Shown here: piece by piece, positions 46,125-52,470 of the stretch
Layout: every line of letters starts with the position of its first letter
Numbering within the stretch: the first letter of the stretch is position 1
DNA from: a virus
Strand: one strand, 5' to 3'
DNA length: 64,000 nucleotides
Virus record (IMG/VR): IMGVR_UViG_3300029305_006397
Notes under the pieces: generated by a model
What the model saw: the letters and a program-made list of their open reading frames with translations, nothing else
What the model was told of the DNA's origin: nothing
Database searches by the model: none
Translations under genes and position numbers: made by a program

Positions 46125-46460
46125 TTAGTCACCGCCGACTGCGCCAACCACCAAACAATCGTATTCTTCCGGCAGGTCATAGTCCCAATCAAGCTGGGCT
46201 TCAACGTACAAAACCTTTTCAACGTACAGGATTTCGCCAAACTGACAGAGGAAATCTTTGGCCTGTTCTTCATACCGGGCATCACAGGTTACAAATACGC
46301 TGTTCGTTCCGGCAAGATTTTCCAGCTTAAAAAGCTCCTCATTGTCGCGCACGTTATTGAAGATCGCAAGGAAATCTCTTGCATACTTGTTCAGGTCTGC
46401 GCTCAGTTCGACCTTAATCTGCACGGCATCCTTCTTCTCCGTATAAAACTTCATCTTCAT
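46125..46460 (-). CDS. hypothetical protein
   Basis: start at ATG 46460 by analogy with the conserved leader. Confidence 0.55.
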   Translation of the reverse strand: MKMKFYTEKKDAVQIKVELSADLNKYARDFLAIFNNVRDNEELFKLENLAGTNSVFVTCDARYEEQAKDFLCQFGEILYVEKVLYVEAQLDWDYDLPEEYDCLVVGAVGGD

Positions 46461-46498
46461 GTGATTTTCCATCCTTTCTTTTCTTGCAGGTGTGGCTT

Positions 46499-46588
46499 CC
46501 TACGACACAAGCGGAAGGAAAGATAGGAAGGAAGAAAACCTTCCGCTTGTCATTTCGGCTGGTTGCCGTCCAGCTCTCGTCAGGTAGG
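46499..46588 (-). ncRNA. hammerhead ribozyme, type I (HH-5)
   Basis: minus strand CCUAC-CUGACGA-G..stem II..C-GAAA-12-bp stem III-GUC/GUAGG; predicted cleavage between 46504 and 46503; UGA stop of 46580..46786 lies inside the CUGACGA core. Confidence 0.8.
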
Positions 46589-46786
46589 TGTGGTTAATTT
46601 GAATGATTTGGTAGTCAATGCTGCCAGCTTTTGTTCGCAAGCGGTGTAGCTACCTCTATAAATGGTTTTCCAGTTATAACGGCATCTGCCGCCAACAGTG
46701 TAGAATCGTCTTTCTTTGAGTTCCCATACAGGCTTCAGGTCAAAGCCAATCGTTTCAGAAATTACATATCTTGCTTTGTTAGCCAT
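46580..46786 (-). CDS. hypothetical protein
   Basis: GGAGGCAAC SD; last codons and stop overlap HH-5. Confidence 0.55.
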   Translation of the reverse strand: MANKARYVISETIGFDLKPVWELKERRFYTVGGRCRYNWKTIYRGSYTACEQKLAALTTKSFKLTTPT

Positions 46787-46794
46787 GTTGCCTC

Positions 46795-46986
46795 CTACTT
46801 AATCGCAATGCGTTTAGAATTGTTCTCCAAGACAGCTTCAATTTTCCGTTTGACATGCAGCATGTTTTCTTTTACATGATTTGCAAGGGCTTCCATACCC
46901 TCTGTAGGATTTTCCATGCTATCTGCTTCATGCTGCAATGCGTTCATAATCCATCTAAGCTCGTTATGAGTTAAGGTCTGCATCAT
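46795..46986 (-). CDS. hypothetical protein (63 aa)
   Basis: start moved to MMQTLTHNEL (ATG 46986); longer track ORF reads through HH-4. Confidence 0.5.
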   Translation of the reverse strand: MMQTLTHNELRWIMNALQHEADSMENPTEGMEALANHVKENMLHVKRKIEAVLENNSKRIAIK

Positions 46987-47022
46987 TTGTAGACACCCTC
47001 TTTCTTTTCTATATGGTGATTT

Positions 47023-47089
47023 TCCACGACACAGCCGGAATTTTCCGACTATGTTTCGACCGGGCATCACCCGGTTCTCGTCAGGTGGA
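47023..47089 (-). ncRNA. hammerhead ribozyme, type I (HH-4)
   Basis: UCCAC-CUGACGA-G(A)ACCGGG-UGAUG-CCCGGUC-GAAA-CAUAGUCGG-AAAAUU-CCGGCUGUGUC/GUGGA; predicted cleavage between 47028 and 47027. Confidence 0.85.
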
Positions 47090-47092
47090 TTG

Positions 47093-47254
47093 TTACTTGA
47101 GTTCCCATTTTTCCATCCACGGCTCTCCTTGCCGATCATACTTATCTGCGTACATTCGATCAAGGGCTTCCTGCGCTTTCTTTTCCGATGAATAGATTTC
47201 TCTGATTCCTTCGTCACCATAGCAGCCGGACATGATAACGTAAACGTACTTCAT
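47093..47254 (-). CDS. 53-aa protein
   Basis: own translation MKYVYVIMSGCYGDEGIREIYSSEKKAQ...; GGAGGT SD; stop directly abuts HH-4. Confidence 0.45.
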   Translation of the reverse strand: MKYVYVIMSGCYGDEGIREIYSSEKKAQEALDRMYADKYDRQGEPWMEKWELK

Positions 47255-47263
47255 ACATACCTC

Positions 47264-47479
47264 CTAACCATCATTCCATGCGTAATCGTACCAGAGGGAA
47301 ATCACATCGTTTTCCGGCTCAAAAGGCGTATCATCAAACGACAGGGCATTCAGACCTTCATCCTTAAGCCGCTGCATTGCCATCGTTTCCAGCTCCTCGT
47401 TGGATTTTCCGACTGCATCTTCGTCGTCAATGTATACCTTATAGAAACGCTTTACCTCAGCCATGATAGCTACTGCCAT
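47264..47479 (-). CDS. hypothetical acidic protein
   Basis: conserved leader GGAAAGATAGGAGGAAAC upstream. Confidence 0.55.
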   Translation of the reverse strand: MAVAIMAEVKRFYKVYIDDEDAVGKSNEELETMAMQRLKDEGLNALSFDDTPFEPENDVISLWYDYAWNDG

Positions 47480-47575
47480 AAGTGTTTCCTCCTATCTTTC
47501 CTTATGCGTTTGGCTTTAGGGGCTTGTGACCTTATGCCTTGCCGCATTAACAGGGCTTATGCCCTGCCACTCTGC

Positions 47576-47761
47576 TTAATCTCGATTGGAAAGCTCCGTG
47601 TGATAGATATGCACACTCTGAAGGCGTCTGCTTCCAAATTTCCGTCGAAATTCCTCTTTCGCATCTTTCATGTTTGCCTTGCTACCGTTTCGATGATCGC
47701 TTACATACTCAAATTCTCCGTAATCGTGACCATCATCATAAAGCGCAATGTAGTTTTTCAT
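47576..47761 (-). CDS. hypothetical protein
   Basis: tiled minus-strand ORF, no motif. Confidence 0.55.
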   Translation of the reverse strand: MKNYIALYDDGHDYGEFEYVSDHRNGSKANMKDAKEEFRRKFGSRRLQSVHIYHTELSNRD

Positions 47762-47772
47762 GCCGCCTCCTG

Positions 47773-47970
47773 TTAATCCATAGTGTAGTCATTGATTCTA
47801 CAAAATTCCGACCAGTCTCCGCCAAGTCGCCGGATAAGCTCCCTTTCGATCTTGACGCGCTCTTGCGGATAACGCTTGTTCTTCGGGTAGAGGATTTCCT
47901 GCGCAACAATGATTCCATAGGTGCTTACCAAATCTTCATGCGAATAATCCATGTACTTGTTTTTCCGCAT
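47773..47970 (-). CDS. hypothetical protein
   Basis: tiled minus-strand ORF, no motif. Confidence 0.55.
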   Translation of the reverse strand: MRKNKYMDYSHEDLVSTYGIIVAQEILYPKNKRYPQERVKIERELIRRLGGDWSEFCRINDYTMD

Positions 47971-47973
47971 GGT

Positions 47974-48219
47974 TTAACCCTCCATCATGCAGCCCATTTC
48001 AAGCTGTACACGGTGATTGAAATCTTCCATCGCAGCCTTAAGGTCATTCAGGAAGTAATGACCGTGACAATAGGATTTTCCGTTCATACAAAACCATGTA
48101 ATCCACATGATTCCCTGACTTGTTTCAGTTTTTGCCAGAACAACTTCGCCCTCAATGACAGGCTCCGCATGGATAATCTCACAATTTTCCGAGTAGTTTT
48201 TGTTGTAGCGCCTTTCCAT
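47974..48219 (-). CDS. hypothetical protein
   Basis: conserved leader GGAAAAGATAGGAGGAAAC upstream. Confidence 0.55.
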   Translation of the reverse strand: MERRYNKNYSENCEIIHAEPVIEGEVVLAKTETSQGIMWITWFCMNGKSYCHGHYFLNDLKAAMEDFNHRVQLEMGCMMEG

Positions 48220-48274
48220 GTATGTTTCCTCCTATCTTTTCCTTATGGTTTCCATGGATATTTCCATGGGGTTT

Positions 48275-48342
48275 CCCACGACGCTCTCAGGATTTTCCAT
48301 CAAGCGTTTCGGTTGCTAACCGGGCAGCCATCATCAGGTGGG
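48275..48342 (-). ncRNA. hammerhead ribozyme, type I (HH-3)
   Basis: CCCAC-CUGAUGA-U-stem II-GAAA-CGCU..AGCGUC/GUGGG; predicted cleavage between 48280 and 48279; stem II pairing less regular. Confidence 0.7.
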
Positions 48343-48343
48343 G

Positions 48344-48547
48344 TTAAAAAACGAATCCGGCATAAACCATCTTGTTTCCGTCCAGCATCCTCCATGCGTT
48401 AGCATCGTCCCATGCCGTACAACAGTAACGTTTTTCCGACCTGTCATATTCGCCGCGGATATAGACCCGATTTGCAGACTCTTTCAACTTGAAAAATTCT
48501 CCATGCTTCAGGTCTTTCAGCTTGTACATTCCTGCATCTCTTTCCAT
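48344..48547 (-). CDS. hypothetical protein
   Basis: stop TAA abuts HH-3 stem I. Confidence 0.55.
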   Translation of the reverse strand: MERDAGMYKLKDLKHGEFFKLKESANRVYIRGEYDRSEKRYCCTAWDDANAWRMLDGNKMVYAGFVF

Positions 48548-48548
48548 G

Positions 48549-48743
48549 TTAGGCTCCCTTCTTAATCCGCTTTACTTCGATATGATCGTAGCCTTTATCC
48601 GGGTGAAGAAAATTCCGAATACCATAGCTTCGTGCTTCCTGCTCATTAGTTGCTTCGATCTTGTGATATTCCAAGGCCATGCCAGATTTTCCGACACCAA
48701 TTCGATAGAGATATTTCCTTGCCATTGTGCTTCCTCCGTTCAT
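48549..48743 (-). CDS. hypothetical protein
   Basis: ATGA overlap with upstream micro-ORF. Confidence 0.55.
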   Translation of the reverse strand: MNGGSTMARKYLYRIGVGKSGMALEYHKIEATNEQEARSYGIRNFLHPDKGYDHIEVKRIKKGA

Positions 48744-48913
48744 TTACCGATTGCCTCGGCGTAGTATTCGTCGAAATTTCCGAAAACTTCCAGATACACC
48801 ATGCCACCATTGCCCCGATAAGGCCGGATATTTTTCATGATGAATCGATATTCCGTGAACATCAATGCAAGCACACAAAGGGCAATACATGCTCCAATCG
48901 CCAGCTTTTTCAT
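48740..48913 (-). CDS. 57-aa membrane micro-protein
   Basis: own translation MKKLAIGACIALCVLALMFTEYRF...; conserved leader upstream. Confidence 0.45.
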   Translation of the reverse strand: MKKLAIGACIALCVLALMFTEYRFIMKNIRPYRGNGGMVYLEVFGNFDEYYAEAIGK

Positions 48914-48949
48914 GATTTTCCTCCTATCTTTTCCATGTGGTTTTGACTT

Positions 48950-49015
48950 CCCACGACAGGCCAGCTCAAGGCCAGCCTGTTTCGGCTCGTTGTCAACTCG
49001 CCATCGTCAGGTGGG
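48950..49015 (-). ncRNA. hammerhead ribozyme, type I (HH-2)
   Basis: CCCAC-CUGACGA-U-GGC(GA)GUU-GAC-AAC(GA)GCC-GAAA-CAGGCUGGCC..GGCCUGUC/GUGGG; predicted cleavage between 48955 and 48954. Confidence 0.75.
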
Positions 49016-49020
49016 TATGC

Positions 49021-49482
49021 TTACCATTCCTCCAATTCTTCCTCCAGATCGGCGATTTCTTCCTCCAGATCATCGGCATCCGACTGGTAATTGCTTCTCC
49101 AGATTGCCATTCTCAGGCTTTCGATTTCTTCCTCGTCCAGCTCATTCATTCCGGCAAGCTCACGATTGGAATTGATTTCGTCGATTTGTTCCTCGACTTC
49201 TTCTTCGTAACTTTCCTTGAGTTCTTCCAGCTCGTACTGTTTTTCTTCCAGTTCGGCGCGGATAACTTTCTCGGAACGGATTCCAACCCATTCATACACG
49301 GATTCCGGCTCAAACCAAAGCAGATCATTTAGACCAGTTTCGGTCATTCCATCCGGGTACAAATCCTCCAGAACAGCCTCCAGCTGCGCACATTTTCCGG
49401 CGTTGCGTACACGATCAAGGGTATCGACAGCTCCAGACCATGCCTCGAAAGTTTCCAAATCAAGCTCGTATGTGATTTTCAT
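49021..49482 (-). CDS. hypothetical highly acidic protein
   Basis: C-terminal half very E/D rich; stop 5 nt before HH-2 stem I. Confidence 0.6.
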   Translation of the reverse strand: MKITYELDLETFEAWSGAVDTLDRVRNAGKCAQLEAVLEDLYPDGMTETGLNDLLWFEPESVYEWVGIRSEKVIRAELEEKQYELEELKESYEEEVEEQIDEINSNRELAGMNELDEEEIESLRMAIWRSNYQSDADDLEEEIADLEEELEEW

Positions 49483-49589
49483 TGTAAAATTCCCCTTCCT
49501 ATCTTTCCAAATGATTGACAGGAAGGGGCAAACTATGATATATTTCTGTATAGGAAGGGCGGAAGGAAATTCCCTCCACCCCCATGCGG

Positions 49590-49673
49590 TTAGATTTCGT
49601 CCGGGTTATCCGTGGCGCGAATAATCCCATCAGACCACATCCAGCCGTATTTAGTCCGATACAGGGCTTTCAT
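49590..49673 (-). CDS. possible 27-aa micro-protein
   Basis: own translation MKALYRTKYGWMWSDGIIRATDNPDEI; leader AAAGATAGGAAGGAGG upstream. Confidence 0.3.
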   Translation of the reverse strand: MKALYRTKYGWMWSDGIIRATDNPDEI

Positions 49674-49699
49674 GGCGGTTGTCCTCCTTCCTATCTTTT

Positions 49700-49734
49700 T
49701 ATAAAAAGCGGTCTTGTGTTGGTAGCACAAGGCC
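49700..49734 (-). terminator. possible intrinsic terminator or attenuator
   Basis: GGCCUUGUG-CUACCAA-CACAAGACC then GCUUUUUAU on minus strand. Confidence 0.4.
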
Positions 49735-49958
49735 GTTTTTATCTTTTAAAGCCGTTTTTTCTACGATACGGCAAAACGCTTGACCCATGCTATATGGGAA
49801 TGAATCGGGGTTCAAGGGATTGCCCCGGTCGCCTCCAGCCGTGTTCTTACATGCCGCTGGACACAGGTAGCCTGCATAATCATCTCATTCTCCGGCTACA
49901 GAGTTTTGCGCGGTTTCGATAGACGCACATTTATTGGCGGTTGCTATCGGGAATGGTT

Positions 49959-50020
49959 AACCCAGACCAGCCCATGTGGGCGTGGTTTCGTCGCAATTTT
50001 CAGCGACTCGTCAGTGGGTT
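49959..50020 (-). ncRNA. hammerhead ribozyme, type I (HH-1)
   Basis: AACCCA-CUGACGA-GUCGC-UGAAAAUU-GCGAC-GAAA-CCA(C)GCCC-ACAU-GGGCUGGUC/UGGGUU; predicted cleavage between 49965 and 49964; overlaps stop of 50011..50208. Confidence 0.85.
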
Positions 50021-50208
50021 TCAGGGTATTCCATTGCTATGGCTCTGACGGCTTCAATATCCGTCAACATTCCTCTTTCATATACGCGCAAAATATTTTC
50101 TATGCGTGTTTTTCTTAATTCTTTGATAGACGTTAACATTAACGTATTTTCTGCATCTGTCTGAAGCATATCTTGCGCAAACTCATGCACATAGCGTTTT
50201 CTTCTCAT
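50011..50208 (-). CDS. hypothetical protein
   Basis: last codons and UGA lie in HH-1 stem I and core. Confidence 0.55.
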   Translation of the reverse strand: MRRKRYVHEFAQDMLQTDAENTLMLTSIKELRKTRIENILRVYERGMLTDIEAVRAIAMEYPETH

Positions 50209-50230
50209 GTTTATACCTTCCCTTCTCTTT

Positions 50231-50298
50231 CCATACCCACGCCCCGGCAGGGCGTGACGCTCACGGCTTAAATGGCTTTTTATAGTCGCCGTGACGAC
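50231..50298 (-). ncRNA. pistol ribozyme (P-2)
   Basis: GUCG-UCACGGC-GAC-UAUAAAAAG-CCAU-UUAA-GCCGUGA-GCG-UCACGCCC-UGCCG-GGGCGUGG-GU-AUGG; loop/GCCGUGA pseudoknot and CCAU/AUGG helix; predicted G/U cleavage between 50236 and 50235. Confidence 0.75.
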
Positions 50299-50610
50299 TC
50301 AGACAATTATGCAGCGTTTGAACGGATTTTCGCAGGGGTCGCAACCGAAACCGAAATTTTCTCCGTATATATCGATATACTGAAGTCCAGCGAATTTGCC
50401 GTTCTGAATGGTTTTTAACTCCATTGTAGCGCGGCGCATAGCCTGTTTTGCCTGTTTAATGGTTACGTCGTCGATATTGTAGAATCTGTTTAGCTTGTTT
50501 TGAATTTTATTCAAGAAATTCATTGCAAGGTCATTTGTAACATTCTTTTTATCGGACTCCATGAAACAGTCAAACCCGTATGCACGAAGATAAAAACCCT
50601 GTTTTTTCAT
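50299..50610 (-). CDS. hypothetical protein
   Basis: stop abuts pistol P-2. Confidence 0.55.
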   Translation of the reverse strand: MKKQGFYLRAYGFDCFMESDKKNVTNDLAMNFLNKIQNKLNRFYNIDDVTIKQAKQAMRRATMELKTIQNGKFAGLQYIDIYGENFGFGCDPCENPFKRCIIV

Positions 50611-50633
50611 TGTATAACCCTCCCTATCTATTT

Positions 50634-50698
50634 TTGAACCCGCCCCAAACGGGGCGACGCTTTGGGCCTAATCAACTATTTAAAGTCGCCCAAACGAC
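50634..50698 (-). ncRNA. pistol ribozyme (P-1)
   Basis: GUCG-UUUGGGC-GAC-UUUAAAUAG-UUGA-UUAG-GCCCAAA-GCG-UCGCCCC-GUUU-GGGGCGG-GU-UCAA, near-identical in layout to the published pistol consensus; predicted G/U cleavage between 50639 and 50638. Confidence 0.85.
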
Positions 50699-50955
50699 TA
50701 AACGCGCATTACATTGTCAAGATAAATGCGCATTGCACCCTTACGAATATATGCCCGACCTGCCGTCGAATAGTGGACTTTATGACGATGAAAACCCACA
50801 TATCCTTCAGGGTTAACCCATGCCGCAATATAATCGCATTCGAATTTATCGCCGTCGTCGGGTTCCCAAAGTGCAACGCCGAAACAGTTGGAAAAATGGC
50901 AAACGCCAACCGGGGCAATATTAGAATAACGCTTGTAAAGTGCTACATTTTTCAT
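50698..50955 (-). CDS. hypothetical protein
   Basis: stop codon G is the first nt of pistol P-1. Confidence 0.55.
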   Translation of the reverse strand: MKNVALYKRYSNIAPVGVCHFSNCFGVALWEPDDGDKFECDYIAAWVNPEGYVGFHRHKVHYSTAGRAYIRKGAMRIYLDNVMRV

Positions 50956-50989
50956 TGTGTTTTACCTTCCCTCTTTTTTTTAGGTTATT

Positions 50990-51044
50990 CACCCGACGCC
51001 CGGCAGGGCGTTTCGTCTTAATTTTCAAAGACTCTTCAGGGGCG
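50990..51044 (-). ncRNA. hammerhead ribozyme, type I (HH-6)
   Basis: CGCCC-CUGAAGA-GUCUU-UGAAAAUU-AAGAC-GAAA-CGCCC-UGCC-GGGCGUC/GGGUG; predicted cleavage between 50995 and 50994. Confidence 0.9.
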
Positions 51045-51047
51045 TTA

Positions 51048-51368
51048 TTATCTCAAGTTGTCGTTATATGCAATATCCCTGTTTTTGATTGCAATTTCGA
51101 TTCGCTTTTTGCTAACGTCGCCGCCGAAAATGTGACGGGCGTATTCGCGCAAAAACTCATAGAGATATTTTGCGGTTGTATTGGAGTAACACCAATTCCG
51201 ACCCAAAGTCAACGCCGCCGCGCCCTGCGCGTCATAATCAACGATTGCAATAACGCTGTCATAAGACTGGAAAATAACAGCATTATTGGAGTGAATGATA
51301 AACTGGTTTGCAACGGGGCGACCACTTCGGGGGGATACCATGTTCCTAACACTTGCATATTTCATCAT
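51048..51368 (-). CDS. hypothetical protein (first gene of the ribozyme-punctuated operon)
   Basis: GGAAGGTG SD; conserved motif copy 27 nt upstream. Confidence 0.6.
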   Translation of the reverse strand: MMKYASVRNMVSPRSGRPVANQFIIHSNNAVIFQSYDSVIAIVDYDAQGAAALTLGRNWCYSNTTAKYLYEFLREYARHIFGGDVSKKRIEIAIKNRDIAYNDNLR

Positions 51369-51395
51369 GTTTTACACCTTCCTATTCTTTTCTTG

Positions 51396-51414
51396 TTTGC
51401 AAGTAATGTTTATT
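51396..51414 (-). promoter_or_regulatory. conserved phage motif copy
   Basis: AATAAACATTACTTGCAAA on minus strand, just upstream of 51048..51368. Confidence 0.45.
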
Positions 51415-51856
51415 ACTATGCATAAACCCGACTTTCGACGGGCTTTAGTCGCCTGTTATAATCTCGTTTGAATGTCAAGCCCTAAGCAGCTTGCAGGGAC
51501 TTTCGGCGTATGCGGTACTTGTTTGCATTCTGCCGGATTTGTGATTCTTTCTCGATTCTAACAAGCGTCTAAAGCCTATTGAGTAGACTTTAGTTAGAAA
51601 AGATAGAAAAGATAAAGGTTTGAGGGCTTTTAATGAGGCTGTAAAAACAGCGTCAAGACTTAGGATTATACGCGCCCTTATTAGGGGATTTTTCGACGGC
51701 CTGCACCTTTGCGGTATAGGTTTTTAATTAACCATTGCAGCCCCGGACTTGCGACCATTCGCCCTGCGACCTTTGCCGCTTTTTTCGCCTTTTTGAGACG
51801 GGGTTCAATCGTGCGCGTAGTATCCTTTGCGCCCTTGAATTTATTCAATTTTCAAG

Positions 51857-51885
51857 TTGCCTTTTGCGTACAAACGTGGTATAAT
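51857..51885 (+). promoter_or_regulatory. sigma70-type promoter (TTGCCT-17 nt-TATAAT, TG extension)
   Basis: read directly; followed by a GC-rich untranslated segment of about 225 nt before 52123. Confidence 0.55.
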
Positions 51886-52037
51886 AACCACGTTCGGCAC
51901 GGCCTCGGCTTCCCTCTCAACCTTGCAGGGCTTGCGTCCTCTCGGGGTTCGTGGTTCGGCCTCGGGCTTGTGTCGTTCGGGTTCCGGTTCCGGGGTTCCG
52001 GTTCCGTTGCCGTCCTGACGTGTATTATGTTACACCA

Positions 52038-52049
52038 TATTGCGCAATA
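52038..52049. promoter_or_regulatory. perfect 12-bp palindrome TATTGCGCAATA (operator candidate)
   Basis: upstream of the RHH gene; related copy at 52096. Confidence 0.4.
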
Positions 52050-52095
52050 CGTCAACCCGTATTTTTAACCAAAAATATCAATTCGTATTTGTGTA

Positions 52096-52107
52096 TATTG
52101 CACAATA
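52096..52107. promoter_or_regulatory. near-palindrome TATTGCACAATA (operator candidate)
   Basis: 16 nt upstream of ATG 52123. Confidence 0.4.
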
Positions 52108-52122
52108 CATTATAGGATTATT

Positions 52123-52341
52123 ATGTACGATAAAGATAAAGCGATAAAAAGACAAAACGATTTTAATAAATCGAATTATGATAGATTAAACACGACTATA
52201 CCGAAGGGACGCAAGGCCGATATAGTTGCATATTGCGATAGTATTGGAACCACGCCAAACGGCTTAATTAATGAATTGTTGCGGTTTGAATTGGGGTTTA
52301 CACCTGAACAATGGAAGGAACGGGCGACGGCTGAAGAATAG
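52123..52341 (+). CDS. Arc/ribbon-helix-helix-type DNA-binding protein
   Basis: NYDRLNTTIPKGRKADIVAYCDSIGTTPNGLINELL; paralog of 31474..31680. Confidence 0.55.
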   Translation: MYDKDKAIKRQNDFNKSNYDRLNTTIPKGRKADIVAYCDSIGTTPNGLINELLRFELGFTPEQWKERATAEE

Positions 52342-52446
52342 TAATACTGTATTTTTTGTTTAATGTTGCTATACTTTATAGCTAACCGTTTACGGTTAAT
52401 TATATGCGGTTAATTAACCGTGTTTGAAAATTGGGGCGAATTTTAG

Positions 52447-52470
52447 CGACGGCGCAAACCGTCGTTTTTT
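52447..52470 (+). terminator. intrinsic terminator
   Basis: CGACGG-CGCAAA-CCGTCG followed by TTTTTT. Confidence 0.6.

Noticed and set aside
46795-47220. 141-aa track ORF spanning 46987-47220
   Set aside because: Its N-terminal part is the translation of hammerhead HH-4 and of another frame of the 47093..47254 gene. The real gene starts at 46986.
51415-51480. Third pistol or a twister upstream of 51048..51368 (GCGACUAAAG-CCCGUCGAAAGUCGGG-UU; CCCUGCAAGC...GGG)
   Set aside because: Only fragments match. There is no P1 hairpin or pseudoknot partner for pistol, and no P4 or P2 pairing for twister.
51466-51495. TTGACA box followed by TATAAC on the minus strand upstream of the ribozyme operon
   Set aside because: The spacer is only 12 nt, which is incompatible with a sigma70 -35/-10 promoter.
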